In this document: piece by piece, positions 30,110-38,237 of the stretch
How positions within the stretch are numbered: position 1 is the stretch's first letter
Layout: every line of letters starts with the position of its first letter
DNA from: Schlesneria paludicola DSM 18645
GTDB lineage: Bacteria > Planctomycetota > Planctomycetia > Planctomycetales > Planctomycetaceae
Assembly (NCBI GenBank): GCA_945869955.1
Contig: CAMBQP010000001.1
Coordinates: 12,745 to 76,744, forward strand
DNA length: 64,000 bases
Direction of reading: 5' to 3'
Program-made: the position numbers and the translations under genes
Notes under the pieces: model-generated
What the model was told of the DNA's origin: nothing
The model's input: the letters and a program-made list of their open reading frames with translations, nothing else
Databases searched by the model: none

Positions 30110-31287
30110 TCGATTTCTTTTCCTGCACTGACGGACGCCTCGGTCAGCCAATCTCTGACAGACGCCGCCGCGATTTCTGCGAGAGATTCGAGTCGATCAA
30201 GGGAAATCGTCGCGGCAGCGGAGACCCCCGAAATGATCTCGGAAACTTCGGAGACGCTGTTGACGCGTGGCAAACCGAATTGATCTGCCAAACCGGTCAA
30301 CTTGCCACTCCGGGCGACAATCAGAACTTTGGCACCGATCCAGACCGCCAAAAGTGCCCCGTGATAGCGGCTGCTGATCACCTTCGCAGGCCACTTTAAA
30401 AAGTCTACCGGACTTGTCGAACACGTCGACTCCCTATCAAGATTGAAAATCGTTAACCGCTGACGCAGGCTTTCAGAAAATCGCCGCCACCAGTCATTTT
30501 CCATACCTGGCAATAATCGGGGATCCTGTACCAACCAGAACGCTCGTTCCGCAGGAAGTCCCTGCATGAGCACCGGCAGGGCATCGATCACATTTTCTGT
30601 TGGCTTTTCAAAATTGAACAGGAAACCAATTGCGTGGGGATCGGGATTTCGTTCCTGTCCCGCGAATCGTTCCCGAAACAGAATATTCGCAAGATCGGCG
30701 GCGCTGGTCGTTCGTCCTGGATTTGCCTCGTCCAACCACTTTGCCGATCGTTCATCGCAAGCCCAACAATGCCGTACCGACATGAATGCCCGGCGGAATT
30801 GTGGTCGCTGCATGACGAACGAGTTTTCGACACCAATTCCCAAAAAATCCATCGGTTTGGCGAGCACCTGACACATGAACCACTCCTGATCCAATTGGCA
30901 TTCAAAAAATCGGCCGCTGTCCGTTTGGAAGGGGGTGCCACCCAGTCCGAGCCAGCAATCTGCCGATCGAATTGCGTTCCAACGCGCATCGATCGTATAG
31001 GGGAGCCAGGTGATTTCCGGATAGCGTTTGGCCAGCAATTCCCAATTTTCCGGTACACAACAGGTGAATCCCACCCTGCGTCGTTGACGGCCAATTTCTC
31101 GCAAAAATCCTAATAGCATGAAATCGTCACCGGCATTTCCGGCACCCCAGAATGCATGGCCGATGTGGACTTTTAAGGGGTGATTCCCCCTTCGTGCCGG
31201 TTGACGAAGGTGGTACGACATCAGTTGTCTGACGCGAATATTCAGCCGAAACCGCCAACGTTCAAGAATGGACTGCATGTTCAGCAC
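30106..31287 (-). CDS. Polysaccharide pyruvyl transferase family protein
   Basis: GAGNAGDDFML, GLGGTPFQ, GIGVE, ADLA, SSRYHG motifs; translationally coupled between the GT4 and GT9 genes. Confidence 0.8.
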   Translation of the reverse strand: MLNMQSILERWRFRLNIRVRQLMSYHLRQPARRGNHPLKVHIGHAFWGAGNAGDDFMLLGFLREIGRQRRRVGFTCCVPENWELLAKRYPEITWLPYTIDARWNAIRSADCWLGLGGTPFQTDSGRFFECQLDQEWFMCQVLAKPMDFLGIGVENSFVMQRPQFRRAFMSVRHCWACDERSAKWLDEANPGRTTSAADLANILFRERFAGQERNPDPHAIGFLFNFEKPTENVIDALPVLMQGLPAERAFWLVQDPRLLPGMENDWWRRFSESLRQRLTIFNLDRESTCSTSPVDFLKWPAKVISSRYHGALLAVWIGAKVLIVARSGKLTGLADQFGLPRVNSVSEVSEIISGVSAAATISLDRLESLAEIAAASVRDWLTEASVSAGKEIE

Positions 31288-32626
31288 CTTCGGTATCGGG
31301 CGTTTCCATCGACGGCGAATCCACGGATTCTGCGAGTACCCGACACTTTTGCAAAAATTGTCGGGTACTGTCTCGCCAACTGATGACGGCCGAAGGGTCC
31401 CAGTCGCTCACTGCAGCGAATGCCCCCGTTTGTTCACGATCGATGACGATCTGAGCGAGCGTTGAGGGGGAGCCAATGTCGAAATAGAGGCAGGATTCTC
31501 CCCCGACTTCGCGATGGACAGGGATATCACTGGCAAGCACTGGCAGACCGTTCCGGAGACCCTCGATCAGTGGTAAGCCAAATCCTTCGGCGTGCGAGGA
31601 AAAAACCAGTGCTCGTGCATGCTGGTAACAGTACGCCAGATCGGCATCGCTGGCGTTGGTGAGCAGATGCAGTTCATGTCCAAAACGGGGGTGATGATGG
31701 ATGCGATCTAACAGATCTCCACACAACCACCCCGGCCGACCGACGATGCAAAGGCGTGTTTGGGGACAACGGTCCCAGATCTGCTCAAAGGCATCCAGCA
31801 AATAGTTGTGGTTCTTGCGAGGTTCCAGTGTCCCCACTGATAAATACGGAGGGGGACCGGGGGTCTGGGCAAAGACTTGACGAGCGGAGTCGCTGATCTG
31901 GTCCGTGGAGGGGATACCCGAGGCGATCAAGTCGAGGTCCGAACCGAGCCGAAAGAAATCGATTTTGACCGCTTCACCCGCCCTATCTCCCAAGAGTTTC
32001 TTCGCGTACTTTCGCAATTCGTTTTGCACCGTTTGCGAGATCACCATCAGCACGTCGGCATGCTTCAAGTAATGGTCCAGGTATTGTTGAAAAATCGATG
32101 TCAGGCCACTGGGAAAAAACTGCGGATGGGTGATGGGGAGCAGGTCGTAAACGACAATTCCTGTTTGTGCTCTCTGTTGATGGGCTTGTTGCAACAACCT
32201 CCTCAGTGATGGAGTCCACCAGACATCCAGCGAAATGACCAGGTCATCCGACTGAAAATGAATCGCCGAACTCTGCCAGGCGAGCGATTCCTGCTCCACG
32301 ATCGAAGAGATCGATTGAAGGGTGCCACGTCGGAGGAATCGCAGAAGTCGTTTGAGCAAGCTGTTGCCGCTGTGAAACGATTCCAGCGTCCGGGTCACCG
32401 GTTTTTGCGGATTCCCTGCCTCAATACGCCGCTCCAATGCCGCCAGCCAGCGTGTACCATCGTAACAACGCCAGCGGTGTTTGATGATCGGAATGGATGT
32501 CACCCCCAGTTCGGCTCCGACGGCAATCGCTTGCCGAGCCAGATTCCGGGAAACGCGCTGGATTCCCGAGTTATTCCCCGAAACAAGCGTATTCCCACAT
32601 TCCAACAGGATTCGACCAACGTTCAT
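31262..32626 (-). CDS. GT4 (glycosyltransferase family 1 domain) protein, mannosyltransferase-like
   Basis: SGIQRV, VYDLLPITHPQFF, VGTLEPRKNH, EGFGLPLIE, ASDIPVHREV. Confidence 0.92.
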   Translation of the reverse strand: MNVGRILLECGNTLVSGNNSGIQRVSRNLARQAIAVGAELGVTSIPIIKHRWRCYDGTRWLAALERRIEAGNPQKPVTRTLESFHSGNSLLKRLLRFLRRGTLQSISSIVEQESLAWQSSAIHFQSDDLVISLDVWWTPSLRRLLQQAHQQRAQTGIVVYDLLPITHPQFFPSGLTSIFQQYLDHYLKHADVLMVISQTVQNELRKYAKKLLGDRAGEAVKIDFFRLGSDLDLIASGIPSTDQISDSARQVFAQTPGPPPYLSVGTLEPRKNHNYLLDAFEQIWDRCPQTRLCIVGRPGWLCGDLLDRIHHHPRFGHELHLLTNASDADLAYCYQHARALVFSSHAEGFGLPLIEGLRNGLPVLASDIPVHREVGGESCLYFDIGSPSTLAQIVIDREQTGAFAAVSDWDPSAVISWRDSTRQFLQKCRVLAESVDSPSMETPDTEGAEHAVHS

Positions 32627-33164
32627 GAAAGCCCTTGCCTCACGGAATTCGCGAAAAAAAAAGAATTCAATTGAAGAGGGGATTTTATAGGGCCAAGGGT
32701 GATGGCCGATATGGGCGTCCTCAACACCCCTGTTGGATGCCTTGCATCAATCGGAGTTTTACGGGGGGATCGCATCAAATTCAATGCAGGTCTTTTTTGC
32801 TGGGAATTGTTGGATTTCCGCAATCTTCTGGGCTTTTTGAAAAAAAGCGAAGGCAAAGAGAAGGCCATTCAATTCATGATGGGTGGTTGCTAACATGCCA
32901 CGCTGTGTTGTTGGATGAGCGTGGTTCGAAGTTCGGGTGTGTGATGTCTCTTGATGATACCGATTTTGGCATGCTTCAGAGGCGTGTCAATAATTTTTTG
33001 CGAGAATACGGCAACCAACAGGGATCAACGGTGCTCCGTCACCATCCGGAAGTTTTCGCCATCAAGTCGACCAACTACTGCAATCTTCGCTACCTGATGT
33101 GTCCTCGAGGCGAACCAGACATCATGGAGCATGATCTGGGAAATCTGCCCAAGGAACTCTTTCA

Positions 33165-33194
33165 AAAGATCCTCGGTGAAAGATCCTCGGTGAA
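33165..33194. repeat. Perfect 14-bp tandem duplication (AAAGATCCTCGGTG x2)
   Basis: Copies at 33165-33178 and 33179-33192, followed by AA. Confidence 0.9.
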
Positions 33195-33294
33195 GTCAAG
33201 TTTTTCTCAAATTCCGGCGGGTTCCACGGATTTGGTGGCCCGTTACCGTTCGACACGAACGAAGTGAAAACAATGGTTTTTGCGTCTTTGCCGT

Positions 33295-33326
33295 CAGTGG
33301 TCTGGCAAAACAGTGGTCTGGCAAAA
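33295..33326. repeat. Perfect 16-bp tandem duplication (CAGTGGTCTGGCAAAA x2)
   Basis: Copies at 33295-33310 and 33311-33326. Confidence 0.9.
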
Positions 33327-33406
33327 AGATTCCGCGATTCCCATAATTTTGCCTCAAACCCGTTTCTTTTGATGGAATCGGTTACAGCACAAGCAGGATT
33401 CCCCAA

Positions 33407-34513
33407 TTGATGAACAGGCCACTGCGGATCGGTATTGATGGTACGCTGTTTCGAGAGCAACCTCGGGGGCACTCGCTGTATGCCATGCAGCTGTTTCATG
33501 AGCTCCCCTCATTTCTCCCGGATGCCGAGTTTTTTCTCTACACCCCATCACCCATAGAGCTCACGAAGTTTCCCGGCAAGCTCACGCAACGGGTTGATTC
33601 AAGCTGGTTTGCGAAGTCCCCGGTTGTCTGGCAAAAACTGGCTGAAGGGAAGCTTTGCCGAGCCGATGCACTCGATGTCTTTTGGAGCCCTTATGTCTTT
33701 TTGCCGAAACTCCCTCGGGATCTTCCTACTGCTGTGACGCTCTACGATTTTGTGCATGAGGTGACACCCGATTCTTTCCATTGGCTGCATGCCCTCGCGT
33801 TTCGTCTGTTCTTCAAACGAGACCTGAAACGGGCTCAATCGATCATTACGATTTCGCGCGGAACACAACAGAGAATTCGTCAGCAATTTGGCCGTGAATC
33901 GATTGTCGTGCTGCCGGGGTTGGATGCGCGGTTCCAAAAGCCAACCGATGCACAACGGGCAGACGTTCTCCAAGAATATGGCCTTGATCGTCCCTACCTG
34001 CTGAATGTGGCGACATGGGATCCTCGTAAAAACGTCGCGACGCTGATCAAGGCCTTTTTGGCGATGAAAGAGGCGAATGAATTACCGGATTATCAATTGG
34101 TACTGGTCGGACGGAAAGAAAGCCGATTTGCCGAGATCGAGCAGTTGTTGCAGCGCGATGGCGGTCAGCACCTTCGGCACCTCGGGTACATCTCCGATGA
34201 TCACTTGCCGGCCCTGTACGGGGGAGCGAAGCTGTTTGTGTTTCCTTCGTTATACGAAGGGTACGGTATGCCCGCGATGGAGGCCCGCGCTTGCGGAACT
34301 CGCGTTGTGACCTCCGATCTCCCGGAAATCCGTGAAGCGGGGGGCGATGATTCAATTTACATCGAGCCAACCGCAGCAGGGATTCGGGCAGGAATCCTGG
34401 AAGGAATGGCTCGCAATTCACAAGGACCGCTCCCACTTCCTGTGGCTCCCAGTTGGCATCAAAGTGCCCGGATTCTCGCAGCTGAGCTTCAGCGTCTCGC
34501 GGGCCGTATTTGA
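33407..34513 (+). CDS. GT4 glycosyltransferase (mannosyltransferase-like)
   Basis: RIGIDG, TLYDF, VATWDPRKN, FPSLYEGYGMPAMEA, SDLPEIRE. Confidence 0.92.
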   Translation: MMNRPLRIGIDGTLFREQPRGHSLYAMQLFHELPSFLPDAEFFLYTPSPIELTKFPGKLTQRVDSSWFAKSPVVWQKLAEGKLCRADALDVFWSPYVFLPKLPRDLPTAVTLYDFVHEVTPDSFHWLHALAFRLFFKRDLKRAQSIITISRGTQQRIRQQFGRESIVVLPGLDARFQKPTDAQRADVLQEYGLDRPYLLNVATWDPRKNVATLIKAFLAMKEANELPDYQLVLVGRKESRFAEIEQLLQRDGGQHLRHLGYISDDHLPALYGGAKLFVFPSLYEGYGMPAMEARACGTRVVTSDLPEIREAGGDDSIYIEPTAAGIRAGILEGMARNSQGPLPLPVAPSWHQSARILAAELQRLAGRI

Positions 34514-34602
34514 GTTTGGTAGTAAGAATCAAAATGCTGTCAGGCACCCTGATCGACGAAAAAAAACAAGGGGAAAAACACGAGATACTGGAATGATTTT
34601 GG

Positions 34603-34624
34603 TTGGCCGATAGGGTACGGCCAA
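34603..34624 (+). terminator. 7-bp stem hairpin downstream of the GT4 gene
   Basis: TTGGCCG-N8-CGGCCAA; no clear U-tract. Confidence 0.3.
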
Positions 34625-34660
34625 TAACAGGTGTGTGCGGAGCGAAAGCCACTCAAGCAG

Positions 34661-35054
34661 CCGCGAAATCACACGTTTTTCGTGATTTCGCGGCCGGAAT
34701 TCACGAGAGAACGCGATGAAGTCGCAGCGACGACGACGACGTCCCGCCCCCCTCTTTGATAGCGAAAACGCCGGTAAGGCGATTTTAACGCAAAGACGCC
34801 AGGACGCAGGGACGCCAGGACTACCAAAACAGAAAATGGGATTTCGCCCTTCTCTCTTCCTCTTTTCTTGCGTCTCTGCGGCTTGGCGCCATTGCGTTAA
34901 ATTTTTCGCTCATTTCCTGCGACCTGATCGTCGATCCATGGGGGCGCGATCTGATCGTGAAAAGGGGGTTGCGGATTTTGAATGGGGCTGGCTCGATTTT
35001 CGCCTCCTCACCAAAATCGGTGGATGAATTCCGGTACGGAGAGAGGGGCAAGAC
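34661..35054. repeat. Copy 2 (longest) of the island repeat: 12-bp inverted repeat at 34661-34693 plus core hairpin 34783-34902
   Basis: CCGCGAAATCAC-N9-GTGATTTCGCGG; left arm 34785-34820, right arm 34865-34900. Its left flank is shared with copy 3 and its right flank with copy 1. Confidence 0.95.
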
Positions 35055-35265
35055 CAACACTCGTCAGGTTCGGGCCTTTATGCGCATTGCAATCAGGGCA
35101 GGCGAGAGCCAGGTTTTCCTCCACATCTTCACCCCCATGCTGCCTGGCGCGGATGTGTTCGATGTGAAACCAGAAAAATGCTGCTGCGGACTGCGGTAAC
35201 AAACAGTATTCGCATCGATTATTGGCTCTCTGCCGAACGAATTCGCGTAATGCGTTGTTCATCAT
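35008..35265 (-). pseudogene. HNH endonuclease, C-terminally truncated by repeat copy 2
   Basis: CEYC...HIEHI...ENLALACPDCNAHKG core in residues 1-70; the last 15 codons are read from the repeat, which begins at 35054. Confidence 0.8.
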
Positions 35266-35531
35266 TCGACCGCTTGTCGTTTCAGAGAGGCGCGCGCTTT
35301 TGATTGAAGGATCGTGACGAAGTGAAAGACCGATCGGTAGCTTTCGTATTCAACTTGTTCTTCCGCTGTGAGCAGGCCTTCGTTCGCTTGATCGGCCAAG
35401 TAATCCAAACGCAATTGCGCCGTTGGAGCAGATTGGAAACTGGCGACTCGCGCGGCAACTTCGGGCGTCAAGCATTCCATAAACGGGTCGAGAACACTGT
35501 TGGTGATTTCGAAGGCGGAGAGCGATGGCAT
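35262..35531 (-). CDS. Small acidic helical protein coupled to the HNH gene (putative antitoxin)
   Basis: 89 aa; AGGAAA SD; ATGA overlap with the HNH start; LDYLADQANEGLLTAEEQVEY resembles antitoxin-like partners of HNH toxins. Confidence 0.7.
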   Translation of the reverse strand: MPSLSAFEITNSVLDPFMECLTPEVAARVASFQSAPTAQLRLDYLADQANEGLLTAEEQVEYESYRSVFHFVTILQSKARASLKRQAVE

Positions 35532-35567
35532 GTCAGATTTCCTGCTAATGTAGACGATTCCTCCAGT

Positions 35568-35596
35568 ATTATGACCGCCGGGGAATCGAGAAACAA
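35568..35596 (-). promoter_or_regulatory. Possible sigma-70 promoter for the antitoxin-HNH pair
   Basis: Minus strand TTGTTT (35596-35591), 17-nt spacer, CATAAT (35573-35568); 37 bp upstream of the ATG at 35531. Confidence 0.35.
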
Positions 35597-35626
35597 CGGT
35601 CCGTTGCGAAAGCGCAACGCGAGTTT

Positions 35627-35939
35627 GAAATCATCTGTTTTTCGTGATTTCGCCGCCGGAAATCGCAAGAGGATGCGATGAAGTCGCAACGACGACCACG
35701 ACTCTTCGCGTCGTTGATAGCGAAAATGCCGGTGAGTCGATTTTAACGCAAAGACGCCAGGACGCAGGGACGCCAGGAATACCAAAACGGAAAACAGGGT
35801 TTTGTCTCTTCCTCGGATTCTTCCTTGAGTCCCTGAGGCTTGGCGACTTGGCGTTAAATTTTCCGCTCATTTCCTGTGACCCAATCGTGGATCCATAGGG
35901 GCGATCCGATCGCGAAAAAGGGGAATACGGATTTTGAAT
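35627..35939. repeat. Copy 3 of the island repeat (core hairpin 35741-35859)
   Basis: Left arm 35743-35778 is identical to copies 1 and 2; right arm 35822-35857 has diverged but is still complementary. Confidence 0.95.
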
Positions 35940-35954
35940 TGATGTGATGATGTC

Positions 35955-37085
35955 TCACGTGCCTCGCGGCGGCGATCTAAAGCCGCTGAATAGTTCTTGG
36001 ATCTCCACTCTGGATGGCGCGATCATTTTTTTGTCGTCTATCCAATAATGGAAATCTTGTTGAATGACGTGATATACGTTGGCGGAAACTCTGTAAATGT
36101 CCATGAGACATGAGTTGAATAGAAGGATGGCTTCGCACTTTCCATGCTTTTCAATGAGGGAAGCGAGTGCGATCTCATCGCCATTGTTGGATTCGCTGTG
36201 CAACAAACGGCCGCCATACATGAACATTTGAATGATTTGACGTCGCGTCGCGGTGGTTTCTTGAGCAAACACGGGCGGCGAGTCAATTAACTTAACGAAG
36301 ACGTCTCTCTCCCGTTCAATCTACAACCGCTTTAATTCCTCACCAGTGTGATCGAGGTAGGCGTCGCAGGCTTTCAGTAGTAGTTTGTCGCCGGCATGCA
36401 ATTGTCGAAAGTAAGCAAGAACGCAAAGTGTTTCCGCATCGTTCGGGAAAATCGCCTCAAGCAATTCTACTTCGCGGGTTTCTTGAGTAGCAGACGCGAT
36501 GGATTTCGGAGAGTCATACCATTCGCTGTGATAAATCCGACGCACCACATCGAGAAACTGAGAGATTGTATTTGCTTTTTTTAACGTCCATTCGGCTTCG
36601 TTTTTGGGAGACGTCGGCCCCAGTTGAATAACGCTTTTGGGATCGCCGAAAATGACCGTGAACTCCTGCCCGTTAACATGACGCATAATATCAATCATTG
36701 TCCATGGAGTTCCGGTTTCATCTTCGATGTAGCCGTACGGTGCGCTGAGGATGTGGAATCCAGTCTTTTGTTCAGTTGCATACGAATGAAATTGTTTTAG
36801 GTCATCGGTTGACGCTTCGACGAACGCGTGGCGGTATCCGATTAAATCAGATTTAAAGCTGGTTTTGCTTAAAGATATTGTTTTTACCGTTTCGTCAAAC
36901 CCACGTGGATGAAATCGAGAATCGTCAGCATTCAAGATTGACAAAACGTCAGCAATTTCGGTCGTCGAAAGCTTTTCCCAGTCTAGACAAAGATGACGAT
37001 TGAACAATGGAAGTGGATTTTCTTTTCGGCGGTCAAAACATTGAACCGCAAGTCGAACGTAGGGCAGATTTTTTGGAGTTGTCAT
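35955..37085 (-). pseudogene. AT-rich hypothetical gene interrupted by one in-frame TAG (36321-36323)
   Basis: ORFs 36321..37196 and 35955..36272 are in the same frame and joined by 16 open codons after the TAG (…EELKRL*IERERDVFVKLIDSPPVFAQ…); ATG at 37085. Confidence 0.75.
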
Positions 37086-37292
37086 CTGAATCAGATTCCA
37101 TTCGCTTAACTGGGACTCAAGTTTAGGCCATCCGGGAAGGCAAATTCGCCACGAACCAGTCCAGTACTTGATTGTTTTGCACTGTCGCAATCCCATTTTG
37201 AGTTGACTCTTTGCATGTCGAATTCATCAGACAAGAGAGGATTGTGAAGTTTTGTTATCCTTTCCATTGGAGACAAGGGGACACTAGAATTA

Positions 37293-37856
37293 TTGGCCCT
37301 GAATCCAGCGATCAGCATTTGCGTCCTGACCAAACCGATGTACTCGCGTGATCCACGTTTGCACTTGGATTTTCGGCTTCGCGATCCATCCGGATTGCTG
37401 CTGACAAACGATTTACAAATTCATCTTTTGCAGTTGTCAAAACTGAGCAAGACAGTGCAAAATGTGTCTCAGGCCAGTTCGATTGAGAAATGGGCCTATT
37501 TTCTGGTAAACGCCGCCAATCTGTCGTTGAATGGTATCGAGGGATTGTTTCCCGAAGCCGAATTCAGCGAAGCGGCAGGAGTCCTGGACATGATTTCACA
37601 TAACCCTGAACAACGGCAATTGTATGATGCACGCCTAAAGCTACAGCTCGACGAAGCCGCACGGCTGGAAGGGGCGCTCAATCAAGGCCGTGAGGAAGGC
37701 CGTGCGGAAGGGGAGTTGTTTGGGCAGATCATGCTGCTGCAAGAGCTTTTGGGTATCGCCGAGTTAACCAGGGACGAATTGACAAACCTCAGCGAAGTGC
37801 AATTGTCCGAAGTGACTGAGGAATTCAAGCGTCGGTTGAGAAATCGCAGCGTCTAA
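37293..37856 (+). pseudogene. 5'-truncated Rpn family (PD-(D/E)XK nuclease family transposase, PDDEXK_2) gene
   Basis: PAISICVL, LQIHLLQL, IEKWAYFL, LYDAR and the GREEGRAEG tail are present. The N-terminal catalytic region is absent: an in-frame TGA lies at 37245 and the upstream residues do not resemble the family. Confidence 0.8.
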
Positions 37857-38011
37857 ATGAGATCAATGCGAGGCTGGAACAGTTCAGAAACCCCGATTGG
37901 AGTGGTCCGGGCACCACGTGACAAATCGTTCGTCGTTCATGCTGGAAGCCGCGATAGGGGTGCCGATGTCAGCCCCGGCGGCAACGGGGTGCGGGCAGTC
38001 TGTCATTCGAT

Positions 38012-38039
38012 TCTGCTCGGCTCAGTCTGCTCGGCTCAG
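38012..38039. repeat. Perfect 14-bp tandem duplication (TCTGCTCGGCTCAG x2)
   Basis: Copies at 38012-38025 and 38026-38039, intergenic. Confidence 0.9.
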
Positions 38040-38237
38040 ATTGTCGTGAGATGGCCAGCGACGGTTGTGAATCAATTTCCGAAATCCTGCGTCAACTCAA
38101 TCTAAAAATCCAAACCCGCCTGCTGATGGTGATGCTGATCACCTTGGGGTAAACGATCACGATCTCTCTCGTTTCTCCCCATCATTTTCTTTTCGACAAC
38201 CCCCGGTCGGACCTGGCGATTTTGCTGACCCGTAACT

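Noticed and set aside
32635-33267. 210-aa ORF in the gap between the divergent GT4 genes
   Set aside because: No recognisable motif, no clear SD, and it runs through homopolymer tracts and a 14-bp duplication. More likely regulatory DNA, but not excluded.
34716-35027. ORFs 34716..35027, 35644..35898, 35631..35870, 34821..35060 and 26895..27368
   Set aside because: They are read-throughs of the non-coding repeat: the same peptides recur in each copy and they have no coding-like composition.
27107-35859. Calling the repeats canonical integron attC sites or the island a true integron
   Set aside because: There is no IntI gene in the window. The arms pair without gaps, so the extrahelical bases typical of attC are missing. 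The left end is TTTTAAC rather than RYYYAAC. Genes sit 100-600 bp from the hairpins and in both orientations. Kept only as attC-like geometry.
36321-36323. Pyrrolysine or programmed amber read-through
   Set aside because: No pyl genes or supporting context are in the window, and other genes end in TAG normally. A nonsense mutation or sequencing error is the simpler explanation.
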